A stretch of DNA of 63,948 nucleotides, counting the filler, from Porpidia crustulata (lineage: Eukaryota): NCBI GenBank assembly GCA_964255105.1. It is 3 parts of 3 records of this genome, joined end to end, with 100 filler letters (N's around TTAATTAATTAA, not from the genome) between each part and the next. Parts side by side here need not be neighbours in the genome. Positions count along the whole stretch, not along the records: positions 1 to 22,341 come from CAXUWE010000087.1; positions 22,442 to 44,757 come from CAXUWE010000088.1; 1 more part is not named here. The stretch is one strand, 5' to 3'. The position numbers and the translations under genes were made by a program. Shown piece by piece: positions 13,351 to 25,191 of the stretch. Within the stretch, counting starts at the first letter, position 1. Each line of letters starts with the position of its first letter. The notes under the pieces were generated by a model, which was not told the DNA's origin, ran no database searches, and saw nothing but the letters and a program-made list of their open reading frames with translations.

Positions 13351-14909
13351 GACTGATTGAAACTTTGCGGAATGAACGTGTGTATTTACGAAAGACTTGG
13401 AATATTTTAGCATACATGGTCGCGAAAGCAGAAGGCTTTATATACAACTCGATTAGACTTTTGTCAACGTGGAGAAGTCGCAATCGGTCCATTGCCTTGG
13501 AATGATCGCATAGACTAAGAGATGCAGAAAATTATTGAAGGTTTGGGGCAAGCCAAAGCACTTCCAAAATAGTACGATTAAGGCTTTTCGAACTTGACCG
13601 AGACAAACCTATAAGATGAGGCTACTCATTCGTAACCCTAAAGGATGAAAGCCCATGTACATCTCGGTGACCGAGGATATACAATCGTGAACAAATCTGC
13701 AAGAGCAAGAATGCTACGTCAGCTGGAGCGGCAGCCAGACTGCTTGCAATTTATGTAGCGGGTGGGTCAGCTTGCAGTAAAGTTTCCCAAGTACTGGCCA
13801 AGTATCAGTAGGTAGGCACGTAGGATATGCTGTTGAAGATTATTGACAGAGGACAGGGCTGAATTTGTACCCTAGCCGCACCGTGCCTAAGCGAGATACA
13901 CTAATGACACTGAACACTGAGAAATATAAACCTCAATACCTGTCCTAAGAGACCCATCACCAATAATTCGTCCGTCGCGATGGCCAGTAAGGGTTTCCGT
14001 TTGTTCAGCGATTGATGTTTTATGCTAATGTATACTGCCCATAGAGTCAAAGAATTCGTCTCAGCATAACCAGAGCAAGAAGGCTCACCGCAACGGGTAG
14101 GTACCCCTTCGAATCGATGGTGCCTGGCGCGTGGTACTGAGAGCCATCAACAAATTGTTGCTGACGTACAATAACAGTATAAAGAAGCCCAAAACCAATC
14201 GTTACCCTTCCCTCAAAGGCACCGACCCTAAGTTCCGAAGAAACCACAGGCATGCGTTGCACGGGACGATGAAAGCACTTGTATGTTGGTCATAGCCCTG
14301 GAAATTGTTGAGAGTTGTTCTATTTTCAATACGCATGCTGATGTTTTTGGCAGAAGGAGGTTAAGGAGGGAAAGAGGGAGACAGCATAACGAATGTTTGA
14401 TTGGGACTTTGATCAGTTGGTGGATTTGGTAGGTTCGATGATATACCTGTTGTCGAGGATCAAATCATAAGCTCAACTTTCTACCAAACCGCTTTATCTT
14501 CATTGCCCAATTTTCCTAGGAGGAGAGCTCCATTGGACAAAAGCAGATAGTGAACACCCCTTTCCCTCCCCAAATCCAGTCCCAGGCATATGTGTGTACA
14601 GCTCCGGTCGCTTTCTCATGTGCGGTTGCTGAAGGATTGTAATCTTTACCGTGCCTATATATACCTTCAGACCTTTTCAATACCAAACGCCCTCCTGCTT
14701 ATACTCGTGGTATGAGGGTGCATGGAGATTGGGTTACATTCTACTTACCACTTTTACCTTTCTGTTCTAAAATATGTGTAGAATACAGCGAGATCAAATG
14801 GATCTTTCCGCATGCTTCAGTCTTAAAAATTGAGCGTGTCGCATCGCACCATAGTATAAAATTGATATCCACAAATAATCGCTTTACTAATGATCACTTT
14901 ATAGGGGAT

Positions 14910-16462
14910 TCAGGGCGTTATATCCCCCTTCTTCGGCTTCCAAACCACCAGTCTCTTGTCAAATCCACCACTTACTACCCATTCTTCCTTCTCTCCGTCA
15001 ACGTCTACAAGTCCAGCCCAGACACTCCTGATCTTGCTACCAAATTCGTGACCATTCTTGAGAGTCACAATGATTTTCCCTGTTTTGGCTTCGATTCCCC
15101 GTAGCGCCCCGTCATCCCCGTTTACCCATACTCCGGTTCCATCAGGCCGCCAGTAAACCTGCGGCGTCGAATATGAGGTTTGAGGCGCCAGGGTGCTGAC
15201 GTGAACTTGAATTGCCGATTCTTCTCTATCTTGAATGGCAAGCTTAGCACGGGTTTGAGCTTGTTGGGTCGCAGGTTCCGAGGAACGTGGAATTGCTGCT
15301 TCCAACGGCGGAAAGAGCATACGGACAATGATGAGTTTCATGTGCGGGAGTGCCGATGTGGCAATCGCTAGCAGACTAGGGTCGGATGGGCAGATGGCAA
15401 CGGAAGAGGGAGAGAATGTTATCCAGGCGTTTGAGTGAGGTGCGAGATTTTGCGACCCTAATAAGCGGAGCTCTACCGGTAGCTGCGAACCGGAATCGGG
15501 GAGAGCGTAGAAATGCAATGACGTTGAGTCTCGACGGGTCACTAGCAGTAGTGGATCCCTCGTGTCGGGGTGTCTGATGAACGTGATGGTTTCCGGAATG
15601 GTCGGTAGTGTGAGGGACCCGACCGGTTCACCTAATCTTTGGGCGTCGGTGTCTTCGGTGCTCTTATAATGGTAGACGAAAACTTTAGAATCCCAGCCGG
15701 CCGTTGCTATCCATATGGGCCTCATTTCGGGCTCCTGGTTCCATGTAGAAACTTGAACAACATATTTTTTATGGTCTCTCCTTTCTTCGATCGGTTCATT
15801 TTCTTTGTGGTCGTAAAGGACAACCTGACCCGACATGCCAGTAGTGACAGTTGTCAAGAATTGTCCCCCAATGATAGCACATGACAAGATTGGAGAGTCT
15901 TGGAGACTAAAGTTGGACTTGAAAAGAGTGAAGGTGGGATTTGGAGCAACAAGATTCAAGCGACGGTCGGCTGTAGTTGCAAAGAGTAATTGGAAAGTAC
16001 GATCTGACGCTTCGTCCCTAACGGTCTCGAGAGACACATGCAATATATTTGCTGAAGTAGGCAAGGTAGATATTTGAACAGGATAAGATGGAGCTAATTC
16101 AACAGAGCGATCAGATCAATGAGAGGGATAAGGAAGAGGACACGAATAAACCTCGCATTTGCAACTATACCAGGGAAGCTCCATCCTCGATCACTTTCCT
16201 TAGAACCTAGCTTCTCGAATCTGAGGCTCAGATCATAAATTTTCTTCTCCTCCAAAATTTGCTCTATAGTTAAGTCACCCTTTTCGGCGTCCCCAGCGTC
16301 AAGTGGCAATCCGGCCTCAATTAGGAAAGCTTCAAGTGTCTACGAAAATCGGTCTCGTCAGTCAGTGTTTGTACGTTCTCGTGGTTCCGGACTGACTTCA
16401 TGGTAATTGTTTGATTTGAGAAACCTCGCGCATATGGTGGCGGGGCCATCTGTTAGTGGCAT
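14910..16462 (-). CDS. LisH-motif WD40-repeat protein
   Basis: N-terminal ICARFLKSNNYHE|TLEAFLIEAG (LisH-like). WD motifs IATAGWDSKVFVY and VVSGGFDKRLVVW. Two introns. Confidence 0.8.
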
Positions 16463-16823
16463 GATGATGAACTACAGAATAACCTATTCGAACCTTACAG
16501 ATGTAGGTAGTGAGAAGCTTCATCAAACTCTTATTAAGCCTAAACGAGTAATCTGATAGAGCTTGTCGCTTATCGCGGCCCTACGTCACGGCTTACAAGC
16601 TATTTTGCTGAAAGGCTTAGACATTCGATCAGGCTCAACAAGTATGTTTCTAAATTCTATACTAGGATCGTGCAATACGCGCTTGTTAAACCCAAGATGC
16701 CTCTGAGTCTGGAGCTAAACGCTTAAATGTAATCATGGGTATCGAGGAAAAGTAAATGCTGAGGCCATAAGGGATATAAAGAAACGGGGCTTGGATGACC
16801 GTCTGGAAATAATTGACGCATTT

Positions 16824-18385
16824 TCAGTAGAACATATCCTCGGCTTTATTCCTTTTTCCACCTCTACCATTGATTTTTTCGGCGAAGAGTTCCTTTCCAG
16901 CGTTGCCGAACGTTTTGCATGGAAATAATTCTTTGAGAACTGTGTCACTACGTTTATTGGCCGCCGTTCCGCGGATTGAGAAACCTGTTTCTTTCTCTTT
17001 TGAAGCACCTCGAATACTAATTCCACCGGTCTCGAGATTTTCGAGAGCTTCCGAGTCAAGCTCGGAGTCAGATCTCTTCAAACGACCAAAGGAAGACGTT
17101 GGAGCTGCAGTAGATTCTTTTGGTGACTTGGTGGAATTGTCGTGATCTGCGAAAGGGACAGACATACGAGACGCAAACAGGTCGGCTGTCTCATCGGCGG
17201 CATCGAAAGCATCAGAACGACGATGGTTGATCATGCCAGATTTGCTCGGTAGAAGTTCTTTGGCCAGATTTGTAGAGACCATCTTCTGGGGGAACAACTC
17301 CTTTCCGGTCCCATTCAAACTTGTCTTGAGCTCAGGCTGCAAGGGGAACAGCTCTTTGCCTTGATTTTCCCTGGGAGTTGGGTAAGGATCGCGAGTCTGG
17401 TATGGTGGGGGTGGTGTCCGATGTCTGGATCTGCGTCCTGGACGATTCGGAATTTTATCCCTTCCCGGTGATGCGCTTCGGTCTCTGGATAAATTGCCAC
17501 TACGATCGTCCCTTCCTGGCCGGTAGGAGTCACCACGGCGCGCTTGCCGGAGGCGTCTTTCCCCACCACTAACACGCTCATCGGAGGATGATATCGTAGA
17601 ACGCCTTGAGTACGAGCCATACCTGCTTGCATTTTCCACGTCCCAAGATGTCGCTGTATTTAAGTCATCATCATACATACTAGGCTTGAAACTTTGCACA
17701 CTGTCTCCGTTTTTACGACGCCTATGCTCATCACGACCATACCGACGCCTACGATAGTCACCAGAATTATCTTGGGTGCTCCGGTCACGGCGACGTTGTT
17801 CACGTGGGTCAAGTTCGGGATGCATCATGTAGAATCTGCTAGCTTCGTACGCTCGTGGACGCTTTCGATCGGTGAAAAGCGCAGCGCGTACCTGTAATGA
17901 GGAGTCTGGGTTCTTTGAGGATATTTTCGCTGACCGAAGTTGCAGAGCCGATATCGCAGGTAGCTCAACAATGGTAAGGTTGGAGAAACCATCAAGAGCC
18001 TTTGATGCTATAGCTGGCGTGGCGAAAACAAGATTTGCAGATGAATCATCTATCCACTCAAGACCAGTGGGTAATTCAAGAGGAAAATGCTCTTTCGCAA
18101 ACGACATAATATCCTCTGTGGTGAGGTCATCCACGCCCCTGATGTAAATTTTATGCGGCGTGCGGTTTTGAGGATCAGCATCTGGTGACAGAGAATCACC
18201 GTTGGCGTGATGCTGAGTTTGAGGAATTGCGAAAGCGGATAGATCTGGCTCCTAATGATATAATTAGTAAGGCTATCTTTGAGCAGCATCTGAAAAAGGC
18301 TTACAAGCTGGACAGCTTCACCTTCGCCGATCGGCCCCAGATCTATGTCCATGTCATCTCCGACATTCGTCATCGTGGATGACAT
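16824..18385 (-). CDS. Nuclear cap-binding protein subunit 3 (NCBP3/DUF2414) family
   Basis: KIYIRGVDDLTTEDI...LEWIDDSSANLVF...LQVRAALFTDRK...SRFY, followed by an RS-rich tail with repeated KELFP motifs. Confidence 0.85.
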
Positions 18386-18942
18386 ATTGTGATTTATGGG
18401 TGAGTTGCCAGGAAAGGCTGGCTGGAAGGAGGATACCTCCATCCAAGGCCTTCTGCGATCCCGAACACAGCTCAATATATGAGACCCAACGAATCGATGA
18501 GTGATTGGTAAGGAGTTATAGAAGATGTAAGTAGCTAATAGCTAATTGAGGAAGACGTGGGCACGCGGGTAGATCGATGAAGATACACGAGCTTCGGTAG
18601 CAGCGACAAGCTCGCCAACTTTGGCGCAAGTCAACCAGGTCGGGTCAAGATATACTTTTGAAGGTTGGATGTAGACTTAGGTGGTGGGTGGGTGAATAAA
18701 CTAAGGTATCGTATTGTTTTCTGACCTCACGCTAAGTGTTATACCGTGGCACGCTAGTCAGCTCGTCCACCACCTCCGGAAAAGCGATCAGCCTCAAATC
18801 TAGATGTCGATTGTCCATGTCAATGGACCTGCTATCCATACTTGATCCACTTCATACGCAGAATGAATTTCAAGAGGCATTGTGCCAAAACAACGAAGGT
18901 CCAGTTCCCACGAAAACATCCATGTGTAACAAGCGCGTATAT

Positions 18943-21224
18943 TCAGTCATGGCGCTTCGGGCGCTTGGCGATCCGCTCATAGATATCATCGCTTCCTTCA
19001 TCAAGTTCGAATAGAATTCCATAGTCGTCGCAGGTCCCTTTTGTCTTCTCTGTCTCTCTCATCATATCCCTCGTCTTTCTTCGTGCCTCAGGGTCTTGTA
19101 CGCCCGTGACAAGTTTGCTGGGATCCGGCTTATTTCTCTCGTCAAGGCCTGATTCCAACCTTCCGTTGCGATTCCAATGGTTCTTGATGGCTGTGGCTGT
19201 TCTAGTCAGGCCGTGTGCCTTTGAAAGACGTTCAACCTCCGCCCATCGCATTTCGGTCTTAGAGATATCATTATTGTAGCGCATAACTGTATGCATCAAC
19301 ATCCTGACCGTCGCTCTCTCATGATCTGTCCATTTAGCGTTGGCCCCTGCATTTAGGTTCGGTGTAGCGCGCCTCGAGGCAATTCTTTCCACCGAAGACG
19401 CCTTTTCACGCTTTCGAGATAGTCCTCCTCGGTTGGCATCATTACTGGTGTCTCCGTCGGATTCGTCGTCCATGTAATTCCTATTATAAACTCCAGCTTG
19501 TCCGTAAGTAACCACATTACGAGAACTTGGCTCCCGCTTCCGAAGGGCCGTTCCTGGGTTGAGGTCCCTGTTATTGGCATTGCCGTTTTTCCTAGACTCT
19601 TCTTTCGTGCCGTGCCTCTGGGTTGCTGAATTAGGCCTGAATTTGGTCCCAGTTGCTAAAGGAGTGATTTCTCGCTTTCGGGAGCCCTTGAATTCCTTCG
19701 TTTTGTGCTTGGTGTCAGCAAACTCGTTGTGATCATTGTCGCCACCTGTGTTATTATCTTTATGGGGCTTAGCTTTGGTTTTGACCAGACTGTAGCCCTC
19801 GGTTTGAATGCACTGCATGCAAAACCAATCAACATCTAGGGTACACATTAGCATGGTTTGGCGCCTGATTCAGTTTTCGTGTCTTACCTCGATCCAATGG
19901 GAGCTGGACAGCAACACAGGCGAGGTGGAACCAGTGTTCATCTTGGCCATGCCTTTTGTCATTCTGACAACATATCCATTCGCCTAGCATATGCGGCTCC
20001 TCTACATCTAGTTTTTTACAACGCCGGCATCGGTTCCGGTCAAAGCTCATTCTAGGCGCGGTTAGATCATTGGCACCATTGCCGCTACCCAGATGACGAC
20101 GACGCTTTGGAGATGACACGTATGAGACAGAAGCTTGCGGCATTAGATACATTGGAGTAAGCTCATTGGTTAAGCCTCCATGTCTTTTTGAAATTGAGCT
20201 ATCCGATAGTGTGTCATTTGGCGTGAAACTATATGATTTAAGCCCACGGGTTGAGGCAGTTTTTTGTTTCCAAGATGGAATATACAGAATCACGATTTTG
20301 GACAAGCGCTTGTTTGGAGCCGCTTCAGGGACAGATCTATGATGTCTCTCCGAACGAGGAGCATCTACGGGAGTATCAATCCCGATACATCCACCGAAAT
20401 CCAAGACAGAGTAATTAGGAGGAGGAACACCTTCTATTAAAGATTGAACGTTGGGCAAAAGGCCATTAAGCCGCAGAGCACTGGTTTCTCGACCTGGAGG
20501 AGGCTGACTGGATTGTGGTGGATTGTGTTGCACGGAAGCATGTCGCTCGGGAGTATGGTACATTAGGCCAGGCGGTGCGCTTTTTGAGCGATGCTGGACT
20601 GAAAATGGGCCTTGCAATGGAGGATTCAGCACGTTCCTTGCCATACGTAATCGCCGCTGTACAAGAGCAATATTAGGAGTTTCTGTTTGGTTTCTAATGG
20701 ACCAGACGGTTGGGTTCATTAATGGCTCCAAGTGCCTAGGATCGACATAGGGCTGAAATATTTCAGAAAATGACAGTTCCCGGCCATGGGCTGGAAAGCC
20801 AGCAAAGCAATAGCAGCCGACAATGGCCTGGGGGCAACGGTGATGTGGATCCGTAATCTCCCAGGTTTCTCCGTCGATCAATGGCAAGTAAAGTTCGGCG
20901 TTTTCCTACTCGAACATCAGATGGATTTCCTCAAGACACGGGGTATAAAGCCTAATCCAATATACTTACAATGGAACGATCCTCACCAGGTTCGGAGTTA
21001 TCCTCACCCATAAATCGAGGGAGCTCTTCATCGAGCTCGCCAGCCCCGAAAATGAGTACCCGTGCGTCTTGATCCCAAGCATTGTGCCGCTGTCTACGCC
21101 CAAGGTTCCACGGCGCCTGTGAAGGCTGACTCGGCGTGTTTTGATGTGTTCGGAGTGGAGGCTGTTGGGAGTGAGCTAGTTCGGCAGACCTTGAGCGCCG
21201 CCCAAATTTGCCGTCAAAAGACAT
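18943..21224 (-). CDS. PHD-like zinc finger plus Myb/SANT-like domain protein
   Basis: After splicing: CRRC...WICCQND..H..EHWFHLACV...|DVDWFCMQC. C-terminal KWTDHERATV...RWAEV...RTATAIKNHWNR. Canonical introns at about 20906-20970 and 19837-19888. Confidence 0.7.
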
Positions 21225-22341
21225 TGCTTAAGACAATCATCAAAAAGGAGAAGATAATGCAAGATGAAATAATAGATTCGCAAGTAGACCAGCTACTTGG
21301 TGGAGAGAAGAGCGTCTGCGTGGACAATATTGTTCATGAAGCGATATCTAGACGACAAGGGCATCAGCTATTTGCTGGGTTAGGTAAAAGAAGAGGCTAT
21401 AATATGAGCTCCAAACGCAGACCGGCCGCGTGTAAGAAGAGCAACGAAGTTATGCTATGGGTGCAAATATTCCTAGAATCGAAGAAAGAGCTGTGGCATA
21501 ATGATGTAGATTGAAGCAAGATGGGCGAGATGCTCGAAGGAAACGATCCGTTCATCGTGAGAATATCAACTTGCACAATGAGATTGAGTAGTCTCGAAAT
21601 TGGGGTGGAAGTCACTATTGACAAAGACCCGTTCATTTTCGACGTTTCGTGTTTCTATTGTTCACCCCCTTTGCATTCTTATTGAAGGTTCTGGTCTTAA
21701 TACTCTGCAGAGAAACCTTTTGCACTTTTGCCGCTGACCTAGGAGTGGGCTGGCATTTTTACACCCTTCAAACGATGTAAGGACTCTTTCAGATACTTTA
21801 CCATACATATACTCCTATATGATCATTATGTGCTGATGCAAGCCGACATTGACGGCGAAATTCGACTCGCGCCTGCAGCTTCGAAGTATAGCGATTCGGA
21901 TTCACAAGTCGGCAAGGCCTAGTGTGCGGCTACAGCCCCTATTGTCTTGTGAATTGCCTGATCCCAGATTCTACGACTCAGCTACCCAAGTCATCATGAT
22001 GCTACACTGAGCTCGAGAAATCTCATAGTACAATTTAAGCCATCCTGACCGTTCAAAATCGGAACACGTTGTCCATTGTACGTTTGACCCCTTTGTTGAT
22101 TCTGATTTCGAGGCCACGATAATGCCGTCGACAGAAACCTCCTAAATTGTTCCCATCAATATCTTTTCCACTCACAAGCTCCATTGATCCGTATGAGCGC
22201 CATTGCATTGATGTCGTGGCATCTTCCGTGTCCATCCACGAAGCTAGCGCAACGCAATCCCCAACCACCCTCAACAGACCTAACCACAACACCTGACCGC
22301 CCCCCTATCAGATTTCTTCCCCTGATACCACCCCCCCCCCC

Positions 22342-22441
22342 NNNNNNNNNNNNNNNNNNNNNNNNNNNNNNNNNNNNNNNNNNNNTTAATTAATTAANNN
22401 NNNNNNNNNNNNNNNNNNNNNNNNNNNNNNNNNNNNNNNNN
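22342..22441. other. Assembly gap: 100-bp N spacer with six-frame-stop linker TTAATTAATTAA
   Basis: 44 N + TTAATTAATTAA + 44 N, directly after a poly-C run. Confidence 0.98.
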
Positions 22442-22894
22442 TCTATTGTCTTAGCTATACGCAGACCGCAGTCTTATAGTGAAGTCTATTACTCTTTCTG
22501 TTTATATCTTGTGTTGTTAAAGGGACAACCGTTACACCATTGCAAAAGCTCCAAGTGTCTATACATACACGCTGTCTTGGTGTCAGTGTATCAGGGGAGC
22601 GAGACCATGGTTCACATGTCCTTCACCCAGACGATTTAATAATCTTATCTCTCCCAACAATGTTGGCTACAATGGATCCATTCCACCGATTGGATGCTCA
22701 AGGTTTCTGTCCCTGCAGAGATTCTTATGGATACTGGATGAAATGCAGCCGTGTACTCCATAATGATATTTCTAATCAGTTCCCGAGAGCCTTTCCTTGA
22801 AACGCTAACACCCGCTGCACGCTAAAGGAACGAGAGAATATCGAACATACAGCTCCGGCTCAGCCCACCTCGGTTTCGGTGCAGGATTTGACCG

Positions 22895-24634
22895 TCACCT
22901 CCCACTGTCCGGGAACAACCGATCGTTAACGGCTGTCTTCTCTGTGGCACCAACCGGCGTTGAAGGCTGCTCGTGTTGGTAATCTCGCCTCGGCCCGTCC
23001 ACCGGCGCCAGATCATCCGCCATCGCGTCTTCGTAGCTCGGCGGTGCCGCGTCCGGGATGTCTGCAGGCGGAGGGGCGAAACGTCCACTGGTGGCCCCTT
23101 GAGTAGGAGGTGGCTGAGAATTGCTGGACTGTGGAAACGATGGTCGTGGTGTAGGGGTGGAAATAGGCCGGTTGATCGGAGGTTTATCTGCCATTGCGGC
23201 CAGGAGAGCTTCTGGTGGGGCGATACCCGAGAAAACTTCGACGGGCATGCGCAGCGTTTGGACTGTGAGTTCGGGCTGTCCTAAATTAGATACGTAGGCT
23301 AAAGTAGGCATTGGATGACTTACATTAACATTACCAGCAGTACCGTAGGTGAGGCCAACGTTGATATCTACAAAGTAATTGCGAGATATGTTACAGGTGG
23401 CGAAAGACGGAGCGACGCTGCTAGGCAGTGGAAGACGGTTCCATAGCCCTGCATCAATTTCCATTTCCTTCCCAATCTCGGCGTCTTTGGAGTTGCTCAA
23501 AGGTAGATGCATGTTCGCAGAGCTCATGATTACCCAGCTTGCCGGATCAGATCTGGTCAGCTCATGTGCTCGGCAAGTAGTGTTGGCTATCAGTGCGACC
23601 TGTAGTAATTCTAAGAACATAGTTGCCGGTGATTCATTAAGTTTCGTAACTAGTACTCTTAAAGGGATCGGCTCGTTGCAGCTTACAACCGGGGGGTCGG
23701 GCAATCGGCCGTCGATGCTGACTTTTGGAGGAATCGAGGACTGTTGCGATGTTTGTGACATTGTGGAGTCTCTGCGGAAAGGACCCGACTTGCCCGGTCC
23801 ATCAACGCCAGGAGCGAACTGATGCTGTCGTCTAGCATACGTTTCTCGTCTGTTAGGAGCCGACCGGGGTGGTTCGATAGGCATGAATTTGAAATGTGCA
23901 CGCTCGAGTTTTGGTCAGCTCAGAATGATGTAGAATGAGCCTCCTGAACAAGGAAGAATGCAATAGCCTCGCCAGTCCACCTACCTCCCTAAAGTTTTCC
24001 TTGTAGAAAGCAGGCCGTTGTACTGTGACCTTCACATAGTACCCTATCTGCATCTGACCAGCTATTCCGTTGAGAGACGGAGGTAACGTGCTTTTGACAT
24101 GTCGGTTGGTATCTTGTGCAAGCTCCATCCGAAGGCCAGCGAGGTTGAGATTGGTAAACATCGAGTTCTTGGAACAGTCATTGTTGAATGGGATCTGTAG
24201 TCATTCTTTGAGGAGCTGGGTATAAAGCTTTAGGGCTCTCGAAAGTACCTTGAACCGAAAAGGATACTCGTATCGACCAGCTTGTAAGGTGTAGCTCGGA
24301 TTCTTTGCGGCCACACTTTGTAATTCTGGGGATGGAAAAACGGTCTGTAGTTTGTAGAGCAGCTATACATTGGTCAGCCAGCAATTCGGTGTCAATTTTG
24401 TGTAGTAAAGTACTCACTCACCTTGTGAACCTCCAGCTGGGCATGCTCTCTTCCTGTGGGTCTGCCATACTGATCATTGTAGGTCACCAGGCGGGTTTTG
24501 CTCTCGCCTTCGAGCTTGACCACGATGGCCGAGATTGTTTCGTTGGAGGGAATCTGGAGAACGACTCGTCCGCTGATGAAGTCCAAGTTTGTGAAGCAGG
24601 CATGGGGTTTGTCAAGGAGTATGGCCACCGACAT
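22895..24634 (-). CDS. Alpha-arrestin (arrestin N/C domain, PPxY) protein
   Basis: FTNLDFISGRVVL...IVVKLEGESKT...EVHK|LLYKLQTVFP, STLPPS...IGYYVKVTVQRP, APSFATC and C-terminal PPSYED. Several introns. Confidence 0.85.
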
Positions 24635-25191
24635 GACTTCAAGATGGCTCGGCTTGCGAATAGAAGGGGTGCATGAGAGTTTTGATGATTGATGTTTAAG
24701 GATTTGGAGTATCTGTAGGATCTTTCAATGGCTCACTGTGCAGCGTCATTATCGATATGATTGGCCTGGATGACATTCATCAGTCGCAGCCTTGGGCGTA
24801 AGAGGGTAAAGTGCCGGTTAAGTTTTGTCCGAGTGAAGGCGGAGCAGAGGAAACCGCGTATGCTGCGGCACATCCGGGACATTGATGCTCTACTCTAGAT
24901 ATTCATCTACTTTTGATCAGATAAACATAAAATAATCTATGACCACCTTTACCCAGCGGATTTAGAGTAGACAATCAGCACCGAAAATTGGATCCATATG
25001 ATTCTCCACGTTGCATACACACTTGTCTTGTCGCACTACTAGAGGTCACTTTCGAAAAGTCAACACTCAATTTTTATTATCTCGAGTGTAGAAGATCTTG
25101 GAGCACCCCACTCGCAATCCAGCACATAAAGCGTCGGAGTAGCAAGAAGATCCGCATCAGATACCATTTTCCCACGCCCCTAAAGTCCCTT

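Noticed and set aside
13633..13641. TAACCCTAA in the PEBP-WD40 intergenic region as a telomerase RNA template
   Set aside because: A 9-mer can occur by chance, and no supporting conserved TER elements were seen.
22386..22397. TTAATTAATTAA palindrome repeated at 44802-44813
   Set aside because: Artificial scaffolding linker embedded in Ns.
22895..24634. Arrestin as PalF forming a pH-signalling cluster with palB
   Set aside because: It is shorter than and unlike PalF/Rim8 as I recall it, and it lies across an assembly gap from palB.
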